Source of the DNA: a virus
Lineage: Duplodnaviria; Caudoviricetes
Strand: one strand, 5' to 3'
DNA length: 54,338 nt
IMG/VR virus record: IMGVR_UViG_3300017963_000063
Coordinates: 1 to 54,338 of that record
Shown here in pieces: positions 38,420 to 46,948 of this stretch (position 1 is the first letter of the stretch; the number at the start of each line of letters is the position of its first letter). The translations under genes were made by a program, and so were the position numbers. A model generated the notes under the pieces. It was not told where the DNA came from. It saw nothing but the letters and a program-made list of their open reading frames with translations, and ran no database searches.

Positions 38420-39290
38420 GGCTAGGCTGGGGCGGTGGCTGCCGCGTGATGTGGCTGCCGCCCTGGCCGCCTGGCTAGCTAGACCGATGGCCCAGATCAG
38501 AGACGAGGCAACTTGGCCCGAACCCACCTGGCAGTGCCCCGGCGTGCGGCTGTACCTGGGCGACTGCCTGGAGGTGCTGCCGACCTTCCCTGACGCCAGC
38601 GTGCCCATGATCTGGACTGATCCTCCATTTGGACACGGCAACATGCAGGACGATCTCCAGGCGGCGCGGGTGCGTGACGGTGTACTGGGCGCACGGCGGG
38701 CTGACGTGCAGCCCATTGCAAACGATACCGGGGAGGGCTTTGAGCGAATACTGACAGGCTTCTTGGACGAGGCCACGCGGCTACTGACGCCCGACTGCTG
38801 CTGCTGCTGCTGCTGCGGCGGCGGCGGCGGCGGGCCGCAGCCCACCTTCGCGCGTGTGGCGAAGTGGATCGACGAGCGGCTTGAGTTCTTCCATGCCGTC
38901 GTGTGGGACAAGTCTGCGCGGGGCAATGGGATGGGCTGGCGCTACCGGCGGAACTATGAGTTCGTGATGGTGGCGCATCGGCGCGGCGGCACGCTGTTGT
39001 GGCAAGAGGGGGCGCCTGCGATTCCTAACGTGCTGCGCGACATGCCGGTTGCGGATCGCCAGCACCCTAACGAGAAGCCGCTGGCGCTGGTTAAGCGCTT
39101 CTTGGGTGTGCATGGGAACGGTGGCGGGCTCGTCCTCGACCCCTTCATGGGTTCCGGCACAACCGGCGTGGCCTGCGTCCAGCTCGGCCGCGAGTTCGTC
39201 GGCATCGAGATCGAGCCTAAGTATTTCGACATCGCGGTCACGAGAATCGACCAGGAGCGCCGGCAGGGGAGGCTGGAGTTCGGGCCATGA
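38412..39290 (+). CDS. N6-adenine/N4-cytosine DNA methyltransferase (beta class)
   Basis: GDCLE, TDPPF, HPNEKP, VLDPFMGSGTT. Confidence 0.9.
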   Translation: MRKARLGRWLPRDVAAALAAWLARPMAQIRDEATWPEPTWQCPGVRLYLGDCLEVLPTFPDASVPMIWTDPPFGHGNMQDDLQAARVRDGVLGARRADVQPIANDTGEGFERILTGFLDEATRLLTPDCCCCCCCGGGGGGPQPTFARVAKWIDERLEFFHAVVWDKSARGNGMGWRYRRNYEFVMVAHRRGGTLLWQEGAPAIPNVLRDMPVADRQHPNEKPLALVKRFLGVHGNGGGLVLDPFMGSGTTGVACVQLGREFVGIEIEPKYFDIAVTRIDQERRQGRLEFGP

Positions 39291-39595
39291 AAGTGACCGA
39301 CGAGCCAACGCTGTTCGACGTGCCCCGGAGCCGTTCGACGGACCCGGAGACGAGCCGGGAGGCCGAGGACCGCCACGCCGGCAAAGCCTGGACGCACACC
39401 AAGTGGGTAGCCCAGCAGGTGCAACTCTACCCGGGGTCAACGGCGGTCGAGCTGTGGAAGGCGTGCGGCGGCCTTGACCGCCACGAGTGGTCCCGCCGGC
39501 TGCCCGACGCCGAGCGGATCGGGCTGATACGCAGAGGCGAGCCCCGCAAGTGCCGAGTCCGAGGCGTCAAGATGGTGACCTGGTGGCCGAAATGA
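39287..39595 (+). CDS. winged-HTH phage protein
   Basis: RSTDPETS...G.TAVEL...SRRLPD...G...R.C. Confidence 0.65.
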   Translation: MKVTDEPTLFDVPRSRSTDPETSREAEDRHAGKAWTHTKWVAQQVQLYPGSTAVELWKACGGLDRHEWSRRLPDAERIGLIRRGEPRKCRVRGVKMVTWWPK

Positions 39596-39783
39596 GGATC
39601 TACTTAGGTTGCCGGAATGAATCCAGCCCGTTGACTGAGGCGTACTACGGACGCTACACGCTCGCACGCGAACTGATTGATGCTTTGCCTAAGAAGTTGT
39701 CTACGTGGTCTTTACCGCGAGACTGGGTGCAGAATCGCACATGGGCGGCATGGGAGGAGTGGCAGGCACGGACAGCGGAGTAA
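39592..39783 (+). CDS. hypothetical protein
   Basis: ATGA overlap; fills the gap. Confidence 0.45.
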   Translation: MRIYLGCRNESSPLTEAYYGRYTLARELIDALPKKLSTWSLPRDWVQNRTWAAWEEWQARTAE

Positions 39784-39787
39784 ACTG

Positions 39788-40660
39788 GTGGCAGATGAGT
39801 GGATTAAGGTCCGTGAGAATCTACCGGAGGACCCGGCCGTGGACGGAATAGCCACGCAACTCCAGATCAGCCAAGACGAGGCTATCGGCCTGCTGGTCCG
39901 ATTCTGGATTTGGGCTCCGAAATATACCACCACCGGCCGCATCGGTTGTGTGTCCGCAAAATGTCCGCAAAATGTCCGCACGGTGTCCGCAGATTGTCTG
40001 ATGGTGGACCGCATCGTAGGTGTTCCGGGCTTCGCCGAGGCCATGCTTCAGGTCGGTTGGCTGGAGAAGGACGGTGGGTTCCTGACCATACCACGGTTCG
40101 ACCGGCATATGTCCAAGTCCGCTAAGCGTAGGGCTTTAGACGCGGAACGCAAGCGAAACATCAGGGCTGGAGCCGACGAAAAAACATCCTCGAAACGTCC
40201 GCTTTCCAAGCGGACGAAACGCGGACCAGAGAAGAGAAGAGAAGAGAAGAAACAAACAACCCCCTGTAGTCCCCCGAAACCAAAGCCCGACGACTGGGCG
40301 CAGGTCCAGCCACTGGTGGCCGGGACCGACCTCGATTGCGAACGCTTCCGGGTCGTATGGGAGGGCTGGGCGAAGGACCGCCGGGACCGGGGCAGCAAGC
40401 TAACCAGCCAAGCCGTCAAGCGGCAGATCGGTCGACTACTGGGCTGGGGCCTGGACGGGGCCGTTGCCAGCATCGAGCAGAGCATTGAGGCCGGCTGGAA
40501 GGGGTTGTTCGAGCCCAAGGGGGACGCCAAGCCGCTGAAGAAGGACCGATTTCACGAGGGCTTCACGCGGCGGGCAGAGGAGCAAGCAGCAGAACGACAG
40601 GCAGACTACAAGGCGGCACTGGCAGAGGACGAACGCCGCAAGGCCGCCCGGCCGGGCTAG
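39788..40660 (+). CDS. phage replication initiator
   Basis: WIKVR..L..DP.V, PGFAEAM..VGWL, C-terminal SIEAGWKGLF; internal iterons. Confidence 0.75.
   Translation: MADEWIKVRENLPEDPAVDGIATQLQISQDEAIGLLVRFWIWAPKYTTTGRIGCVSAKCPQNVRTVSADCLMVDRIVGVPGFAEAMLQVGWLEKDGGFLTIPRFDRHMSKSAKRRALDAERKRNIRAGADEKTSSKRPLSKRTKRGPEKRREEKKQTTPCSPPKPKPDDWAQVQPLVAGTDLDCERFRVVWEGWAKDRRDRGSKLTSQAVKRQIGRLLGWGLDGAVASIEQSIEAGWKGLFEPKGDAKPLKKDRFHEGFTRRAEEQAAERQADYKAALAEDERRKAARPG
39951..39991 (+). repeat. iteron-like repeats, putative origin
   Basis: TGTCCGCA x4 at an 11-bp period inside the initiator gene. Confidence 0.65.
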
Positions 40661-40669
40661 GAGATGGCG

Positions 40670-40726
40670 ATGAGCGAGATGACCTCCCGCCCGATCATAT
40701 TCAGCGGCCCGATGGTGCGAGCGTGA
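40670..40726 (+). pseudogene. N-terminal stub of the common phage RPILFSGPMVRAIL family
   Basis: MSEMTSRPIIFSGPMVRA then stop. Confidence 0.5.
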
Positions 40727-40938
40727 TAGCGAGTCCGCGACAAGGCGACGTAGTGCAACTGTGGTATGGCCCGCGTTGGCGACGGTTCTGCCCGTGGCAC
40801 GGACACTTCGCCGTTGTCACCGTTAGCGGTCGGGGGCGGCCGCGCAATCACGGGGTGCGGGTTGGCGGGATCGGGTTGATTGTGCCTTGCGGCAACTTGC
40901 GGCGGGTGCCGCCCTTGCTGCCCGACAGGAGCGAGTGA
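40723..40938 (+). CDS. hypothetical protein
   Basis: Coupled ORF. Confidence 0.5.
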   Translation: MIASPRQGDVVQLWYGPRWRRFCPWHGHFAVVTVSGRGRPRNHGVRVGGIGLIVPCGNLRRVPPLLPDRSE

Positions 40939-41210
40939 TGAAGGGCGTAGAACCTGCCAACACGAAGATTCGCCTGCCCGACGATCGCGTCGGCACGATC
41001 TGCTGGAACCACTTGGACGGCTGTGGTGGCGTGTGGGGCATACACGACTTCAGCAAGATCGAGGAAGCGTTCAGCGACAAGTACCCAGCGCCGGAGTTTA
41101 TGCTACGCGAGAAGGATGCGGAAACGGTGCTGCGGCGAACGCATGGCCCGCAATTGGAATGCGTCGGCGACGAGTACGAAGTGCTGGATGCCGGGCGGAG
41201 GAGCGAGTGA
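40938..41210 (+). CDS. hypothetical protein
   Basis: AGGAG RBS. Confidence 0.6.
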   Translation: MKGVEPANTKIRLPDDRVGTICWNHLDGCGGVWGIHDFSKIEEAFSDKYPAPEFMLREKDAETVLRRTHGPQLECVGDEYEVLDAGRRSE

Positions 41211-41213
41211 GCC

Positions 41214-41489
41214 ATGAAGCACTACACGATTCGCATCCCGTGGCCCTATGACGCCGCCGAAGAGGAGGCAAGACAGTTGCTTGCCGCGGGGGCGGGGCTG
41301 ATCGAAAGCCACGCGGTGCTGGACGCGCTTCTAGAACAGATGCCGGACGGCGTCGGAGCAGAGTTCATACAAAAGACTGCACCCTGCAAGATTCGCACGC
41401 TTAGAGCAGCGGAGGTCCGCGATCTACGGTTTCGAATGGGCTACGGTTTCTGGTATATGCCGGGCGGAGGAGCGAGTGATGGCGACTAA
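41214..41489 (+). CDS. hypothetical protein flanked by 23-bp direct repeats
   Basis: GGAGGAG RBS. Confidence 0.55.
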   Translation: MKHYTIRIPWPYDAAEEEARQLLAAGAGLIESHAVLDALLEQMPDGVGAEFIQKTAPCKIRTLRAAEVRDLRFRMGYGFWYMPGGGASDGD

Positions 41490-41844
41490 GAAACGCTTTG
41501 GTGGCGAGCGAGAGCAGAACTACAACTGGCGTGGTGGGCGCGTCGTGGCATCCAATGGCTACGTGCTGCTTCGTGTAGGACAAGGCCACCATCTTGCCGA
41601 TGTGCGTGGCTATGCCTATGAGCATCGGATCATTGCCGAGCAGATGCTGGGGAGGCGGCTGCATGCACAGGAGCAGGTGCACCATCGCAAGACCGGGGCA
41701 CAGTTACGTCTGCCAGGAGAGCCGAATCCCCTTGTGTCATGCGCTTGCGGCTGTGGCCAAACCTTTGCGCGGTATGATGCCAATGGCAGGCCCCGGCGAT
41801 TTGTCTCGGGCCACAACATGCACGGAGGGGGCGATGGGAACTAA
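41479..41844 (+). CDS. HNH endonuclease, probably internally deleted
   Basis: NWRGG..GY..EHR..E.VHH lacks the following N..DN..NL; CACGCG domain. Confidence 0.65.
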   Translation: MATKKRFGGEREQNYNWRGGRVVASNGYVLLRVGQGHHLADVRGYAYEHRIIAEQMLGRRLHAQEQVHHRKTGAQLRLPGEPNPLVSCACGCGQTFARYDANGRPRRFVSGHNMHGGGDGN

Positions 41845-42673
41845 AATAGAATGGTGCTCCGAAGTGTGGAATGTTGTCACGGGATGCACCCCGATATCCG
41901 AAGGCTGCGAACACTGTTGGGCTGAGCGCATGGCGAAGCGGCTGCGCGGTCGGCACGGGTATCCGGCGGACGAGCCGTTTCGGGTGACGCTGCATTCGGA
42001 TCGTCTTGACCAACCTTTGTGTTGGCGGAAGCTGCGGCGCGTCTTCGTCTGCTCAATGGGCGACTTGTTCCACGCAGATGTGCCGCTAGAGTTTATCGAC
42101 GACGTGTTTCGCATGATGATGCTTGCCCCGAAGCACCAGTACCTTATTCTGACAAAACGCCCGACACGCATGTATCAGTTCGTCGTAGATTGTGAGACCG
42201 AGGCGCTCGAACGCGCATGGCTTGGCACCACCGTCGAAAGCGCCAAGCACCTTGACCGCATTGACGTGCTCCGCGACTGCCCCGCCGCCATCCGCTGGCT
42301 GAGTTGCGAGCCGCTGCTGGGGCCGCTGGATAACTTGAACCTTCAGGGTATCCATTGGGTCGTTGTCGGCGGCGAGAGCGGGCCAGGTGCGCGGCCGATG
42401 CACCCGGACTGGGCGCGCGGGGTTCGGGACCAGTGCGTGGCGGCGGGCGTGCCGTTCTTTTTCAAGCAGTGGGGACAATGGCAGCCCTGGGCAGACACAT
42501 ACACGCGCCAGGCGGGTTGGCGGTATGTATCTTATCGCGATGGCCTGGCAAGAGTCGGACCACCAGAAGACAGGGATGCCGCCATGCAAACAGTCGGCAA
42601 GAAGGCCGCCGGTCGGATACTTGATGGTCGGACCTGGGATCAGTACCCCGCCGCCGGCGGCGAGGGGGCGTGA
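41834..42673 (+). CDS. DUF5131 (phage Gp37/Gp68) family protein
   Basis: TKIEW, GCTPISEGCEHCWA, SMGDLFH, LTKR, GGESG, FFFKQWG. Confidence 0.9.
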   Translation: MGTKIEWCSEVWNVVTGCTPISEGCEHCWAERMAKRLRGRHGYPADEPFRVTLHSDRLDQPLCWRKLRRVFVCSMGDLFHADVPLEFIDDVFRMMMLAPKHQYLILTKRPTRMYQFVVDCETEALERAWLGTTVESAKHLDRIDVLRDCPAAIRWLSCEPLLGPLDNLNLQGIHWVVVGGESGPGARPMHPDWARGVRDQCVAAGVPFFFKQWGQWQPWADTYTRQAGWRYVSYRDGLARVGPPEDRDAAMQTVGKKAAGRILDGRTWDQYPAAGGEGA

Positions 42674-42707
42674 TGAGCAAGCGGAAACAAAAGGACTGGA
42701 CGGATAA

Positions 42708-43166
42708 ATGGGAACAGGGCCAATCAGTGTGGTGCTGGGACCGCTGGGGTCGCTATTGGTTCACCAAGGAGACACCGTGGACATTGGCGAAGCTATGCGA
42801 CTGTGGGAACAAGGCGAAGCGCAGCGCCCTCACCGGCGTCGTTACGTCTATCTCGTAATTGCTGCCGGGATTGTTTGGGCTCTCGCGCAAGCTATGTTTA
42901 TTTGTTGGGGTAGTCTTAGTGCAGCGGCGATATCGTTGTCGGCGTGCGCATTGATGGCACTGGCCAGCGGGCTTGACTGGCGAGCGTCGCGTTACACCCG
43001 CCGCTTTTGGAAGTGGTACGAGATAGAGCTCCAGATACGCGGGGGGTACAGCCGCAAGGCGTTCGCTGGCTATGATCTGTATGGTTTTCCGATAGGGGTG
43101 TTAGCTGGCTGGGAGTGCGAGGACGCTCACCTGCCTGGTGAATGCCCGCTGTGCGGGGCAGATTAG
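42708..43166 (+). CDS. hypothetical membrane protein (start uncertain)
   Basis: Two hydrophobic stretches; stop lies at site F. Confidence 0.35.
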   Translation: MGTGPISVVLGPLGSLLVHQGDTVDIGEAMRLWEQGEAQRPHRRRYVYLVIAAGIVWALAQAMFICWGSLSAAAISLSACALMALASGLDWRASRYTRRFWKWYEIELQIRGGYSRKAFAGYDLYGFPIGVLAGWECEDAHLPGECPLCGAD

Positions 43167-43189
43167 TCCGGTAAGGCGCGTTACGTTGC
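43165..43189 (+). other. dif-like site F
   Basis: AGTCCGGTAA-ggcgcg-TTACGTTGC between a stop codon and the HNH start. Confidence 0.6.
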
Positions 43190-43689
43190 ACGACCGCACA
43201 CGTCGCTATCTTACGGCTAGGGACTTCCCTGTGCGCCGCGATCCGGTGGATGGCATGACGCTATGCCGAATCTGCGGTGGGCGATGCAAGTACAAGCAGG
43301 CGCGGATATGCTCGGACAAGTGTCGGGAAACGTCGGATGTGCTGATGTCCGTATCATCGCAGCGGTGGCATGTCGAGCAACGAGATAAAGGCGTGTGCGC
43401 CAAATGCGGCTGGGACCTCGGGAAACTTGAGCGGGCGATTCGCTTACGCTGGTGGCTACGTCGATATCTACTCAAACGGTTCGGGCTGTATGGACACACA
43501 GCACTGTGGGAGATGGATCACATTGTGCCAGTGTCAGAGGGCGGCGGCGTTGCGCCGGATATGAGTTACGAGGAAGTTATGGCCAATCTGCGGACGCTGT
43601 GCGTACCGTGCCACAAGGCGGAAACCGCCGCACTCGCAGCAAGGCGAGGCAGGCCCGCCGCCCTCGACGCGCAGGAGCAGCAGCGATGA
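43186..43689 (+). CDS. HNH endonuclease
   Basis: RDKGVCAKC, DHIVPVSEGGG, NLRTLCVPCH. Confidence 0.85.
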   Translation: MHDRTRRYLTARDFPVRRDPVDGMTLCRICGGRCKYKQARICSDKCRETSDVLMSVSSQRWHVEQRDKGVCAKCGWDLGKLERAIRLRWWLRRYLLKRFGLYGHTALWEMDHIVPVSEGGGVAPDMSYEEVMANLRTLCVPCHKAETAALAARRGRPAALDAQEQQR

Positions 43690-43823
43690 AGCGCTATTGG
43701 CGTTGCGCAGCCACAACACAGTCGGGGAAAAGATGCCGCCGAAAACGACAGCGGAATGCCATGTTCTACTGCGCGCAGCACTGGAAAGCGTGGCAGCGAA
43801 AGAGAAAGGAGTTGCTTGGATGA
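43686..43823 (+). CDS. small C3H Zn-finger protein
   Basis: CAATTQSGKRC...C..H. Confidence 0.55.
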   Translation: MKRYWRCAATTQSGKRCRRKRQRNAMFYCAQHWKAWQRKRKELLG

Positions 43824-44041
43824 AGCCAGGCGATGCAGTGTGGGTAGCAACTCAAAGCGGCGAGTGGGCTGAGGGGTTCTTGTTGGAGTTGGTGCAGCGA
43901 GAAGCACGCCGGGCGTGGTGGTTGGCGTATCGAACACCCCACATTAGCCGCAAGGGGGACTGGGTTGTTGGTATATCCCTAGAGGCCGGCATCCGCTCCC
44001 GCGACCGGTCGCAGCGCGGCGCGGACCGGCCGGAGGAGTAG
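43820..44041 (+). CDS. MKPGD...GADRP family protein
   Basis: AAGGAG RBS; paralogue at 45997. Confidence 0.6.
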   Translation: MKPGDAVWVATQSGEWAEGFLLELVQREARRAWWLAYRTPHISRKGDWVVGISLEAGIRSRDRSQRGADRPEE

Positions 44042-44045
44042 CGAG

Positions 44046-44258
44046 ATGGCAAAGAAGAAGGCGCCTAAACCAGGACCCCAGAAGCGCGAGCGCTATATAA
44101 GCGTCCGCAGCCAGGGCCGCACCTTGTTTCTGTGGGACGGTACGCCGCTGGTGTTGTGCACAAAGCGCGAGATGCGCGCCGACCTGCGGGCCATCGGCTT
44201 GATGCACGACGAACGCATCTTCAAGCTCGTCCCCGTCAGCGAGAAGGAGTTGGGGTGA
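44046..44258 (+). CDS. hypothetical basic protein
   Basis: GGAGGAG RBS. Confidence 0.55.
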   Translation: MAKKKAPKPGPQKRERYISVRSQGRTLFLWDGTPLVLCTKREMRADLRAIGLMHDERIFKLVPVSEKELG

Positions 44259-44698
44259 TGGGCATGCCAACGGAGCCGATAGCGTTTTTCGTGCCGGGCG
44301 TCCCGCAGCCGAAGGGGTCGGCCAAGTGGGTGCGCAGCAAGTCCACAGGGCGGCCCATCGCCAAGACGAACGAGGCACTACAAAGCTGGGCTGGTGCGAT
44401 AGCTGGGGCCGCGCAGTCTGCAATGGCTCGCCGAGATGAAGGGCCAGCGCTGCTAACGATTCCGCTACATGCAGAGTTGACCTTCAACTTCAACCGCCCC
44501 AAGAGCGTGTCTGCCAAGAAGCGCCCACGGCACTCGGTCACGCCGGACATCGACAAGCTAGTGCGCGCCGCGCTGGACGGAATGACGGGCGTGGTGTACC
44601 GGGACGACGCACAGATTGACTGCGTTAAGGCGCGGAAGGTTTACACGGAAGAACAAGCAGGGCTGGCCGTGGTGCTGGCCGAGCGGCTGGAACAATGA
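44258..44698 (+). CDS. rusA: RusA Holliday junction resolvase
   Basis: PQPKG...PDIDKL..ALDG...DDAQI. Confidence 0.9.
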   Translation: MGMPTEPIAFFVPGVPQPKGSAKWVRSKSTGRPIAKTNEALQSWAGAIAGAAQSAMARRDEGPALLTIPLHAELTFNFNRPKSVSAKKRPRHSVTPDIDKLVRAALDGMTGVVYRDDAQIDCVKARKVYTEEQAGLAVVLAERLEQ

Positions 44699-45525
44699 GG
44701 ATTCTTCGCGTGTTTCCACGGCGAACCAACGCAACGCCTCGCGACGACTTGGTGCGGATAGGCGAGCCGGGGCTATTTGATCCGCCTGACTGCGATGAGG
44801 TGCATGTTAGCGTGGCCTTCACTTGGGACCGGGATCGCGGCCAGCATCTAGCCGACTCCTGGGCCAAGCATCATCCGCGCGTTCGGATCGGCGGGCCAGC
44901 GATGGGATCGCCAGCGGAGGAGTTCGTGCCGGGGCGCTACCTAGGCGAAGGCCATGTCATCACTTCGCGCGGCTGCCCGAATCGCTGCTGGTTCTGCTGG
45001 GTGCCAGAACGCGAGGGCGGTGTCCGAGAGTTGCCGATCTGCGACGGCTGGAAGATCCACGATTCCAATCTGCTGGCGTGCAGTGAACAGCATATCCGCG
45101 CCGTGTTTGAAATGCTAGACCGCCAGGCGCATCGACCAGAGTTTCTCGGCGGGCTGGAGGCGGCGCTGCTGGAAGCATGGCATGTTGATCTGCTGGCGAA
45201 CGCTCGCCCGCGCCGCATTTTCTTCGCATACGACACGCCTAATGATCTTGGCCCGCTTCAGCAGGCAGGGGCCATGCTGACTGAGCGGGCTATGCGAGAA
45301 TGCTATTGTTTCGTTCTGGTCGGCTATAGTGGTGACGATTTTGACAAGGCAGAGAAAAGGTGCCGCGAGGCCCACAATGCGGGCTTCATGCCGGTAGCAA
45401 TGTTGTATCGTGACGAGCAGGGCCAGGTAGATCGCGCATGGCGGCGATGGCAGAGAGTATGGTGCAGGCCGGCTCTGACGCGGGCGGTGCTGGCCGAGCG
45501 GCTGGAGGCGGGCGATGGCATATAG
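44695..45525 (+). CDS. radical SAM protein
   Basis: SRGCPNRCWFC (CxxxCxxC). Confidence 0.8.
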   Translation: MRILRVFPRRTNATPRDDLVRIGEPGLFDPPDCDEVHVSVAFTWDRDRGQHLADSWAKHHPRVRIGGPAMGSPAEEFVPGRYLGEGHVITSRGCPNRCWFCWVPEREGGVRELPICDGWKIHDSNLLACSEQHIRAVFEMLDRQAHRPEFLGGLEAALLEAWHVDLLANARPRRIFFAYDTPNDLGPLQQAGAMLTERAMRECYCFVLVGYSGDDFDKAEKRCREAHNAGFMPVAMLYRDEQGQVDRAWRRWQRVWCRPALTRAVLAERLEAGDGI

Positions 45526-45784
45526 CCCCGATGAACAACGAGTGCTGGAGCTACAGTACCGAACCATCGAACGCGACAATGCCCTGCGCAATTGTGCAGT
45601 GTTGCGGGCAGAGCATAAGAAACTGCAATCCGGCCTCGCCGCCGCCCGCGCGCTGCGCGACGAGCTGGCGGAAGCGCTGCATGAGTCGCTAGAGTTTGAA
45701 CCGTTCTTGACAGAACGAGTTGCAGGTATTGAAGCCCTCCTCGCGCGGCACGCCGAGGCGAAGGAAAAGGAGAAGGCGGGATGA
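45515..45784 (+). CDS. coiled-coil hypothetical protein
   Basis: GGAGG RBS. Confidence 0.55.
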   Translation: MAYSPDEQRVLELQYRTIERDNALRNCAVLRAEHKKLQSGLAAARALRDELAEALHESLEFEPFLTERVAGIEALLARHAEAKEKEKAG

Positions 45785-45996
45785 CGCGATATGTCTGCGA
45801 AGAATGTGGAGAGGTAGACGGCGAGTGCAAATGTCGTCCTAGGCCGCCGCTCCGGCTAAGTGGCGGACCATCGCTGTGCGAGCGCGTCACAGAAGGAGTC
45901 CCGCCCATGAAACCCGGCGACGTAGACATCCGCCGCCGCGACCCCGCCGCGCACGGCGCGGACAAGCCGACTGATAAAGGAAAAGGAGTCCCGCCC

Positions 45997-46230
45997 ATGA
46001 GACCCGGCGATGCGGTGTGGGTGCTGCTCAAGCCCCGCCTTCCCCCTCTACAGGCGTGGGCAGACGGCTTTGCGCTAGGGGCAGTCTTGGGCGACTCGTA
46101 TGGCGACTGGTGGTGTGCATACAGCGATGGCGCGGGCCAGTGGTTTATTGCGCGGTTCGCGCCAGCGGGCATCCACCCCCGCGCCCCCGCAGCGCACGGC
46201 GCCGACCGGCCCGACGCGGAGGTGGGGTGA
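45997..46230 (+). CDS. MRPGD...GADRP family protein (within ORF 45781-46230)
   Basis: Own AAGGAG RBS; paralogue of 43820. Confidence 0.55.
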   Translation: MRPGDAVWVLLKPRLPPLQAWADGFALGAVLGDSYGDWWCAYSDGAGQWFIARFAPAGIHPRAPAAHGADRPDAEVG

Positions 46231-46430
46231 TGGAACATCTGCCGGACCAACTTGAAGCGATGGAAGCAGCAGCCGAGGCGCGACTGGAGACGCGCGGTGA
46301 CGAGTACAAGTGTGAAGGGTGCGGCCAATGGCGACACTTTGACGACGCCCATCCGACGAGCGCGAACCCTTACTGTGTCCACATCTGCACCGAGTGTGCC
46401 GTGCGTGAGGGCGTATTACCCAAGGACTGA
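46230..46430 (+). CDS. Zn-finger protein
   Basis: CEGC...CTEC; stop lies in site E. Confidence 0.55.
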   Translation: MEHLPDQLEAMEAAAEARLETRGDEYKCEGCGQWRHFDDAHPTSANPYCVHICTECAVREGVLPKD

Positions 46431-46463
46431 TAATGGTGGTTACGACGCGGAGGTTATAGGGCG
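46424..46463 (+). other. dif-like site E (three-arm)
   Basis: GGACTGATAA-tggtgg-TTACGACG-cggagg-TTATAGGGCG then ATG. Confidence 0.6.
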
Positions 46464-46754
46464 ATGAAGATTGTCAAAACGGAACGTGGCTTCCAGCAGG
46501 TGCTGTGTCCTGTGTATCCACCCGATGGAACAAGCAAGCCTATCGTCTTGCAATCGTCTGTCATTCTCGACTACGCGGAGGCGATGGACCGCCCTGGATC
46601 GTCAGCCCTGTGGGTTGGCGAGCACCATCATCTCTGCCGCGAAGAAGTGGCGGAACTGATAAGTCGCCTTCAGCACTGGCTGGAGCACGGCCGACTAGAC
46701 TTAGTAGTCCCCGCCCCGCCCCCCGGCCCGGCGAGCGACGAGGTGAACGGATGA
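46464..46754 (+). CDS. conserved-looking phage hypothetical protein
   Basis: TERGF...QSS...ALWVG...HL.RE.V..L...LQ.W...G pattern. Confidence 0.65.
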   Translation: MKIVKTERGFQQVLCPVYPPDGTSKPIVLQSSVILDYAEAMDRPGSSALWVGEHHHLCREEVAELISRLQHWLEHGRLDLVVPAPPPGPASDEVNG

Positions 46755-46948
46755 TAACGGCCAACACAATACCCGACGACGCAACGTGTAGCGGTTGCGG
46801 TGGAACTGCCGAGGTCCGACTCTTCTTTGCAGTGCTGGATGACGACTTGGACTTGTGCCGTCCATGTTGCGGCGAGCTGGCAGGCGTTGCCCAGCAGGCG
46901 AGCGACGAGGTGACGAATGAACGGACGAGACCCACAGGAACGGCATGA
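46751..46948 (+). CDS. small Zn-finger protein
   Basis: CSGC...LCRPC; GAGGTG RBS. Confidence 0.5.
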   Translation: MITANTIPDDATCSGCGGTAEVRLFFAVLDDDLDLCRPCCGELAGVAQQASDEVTNERTRPTGTA

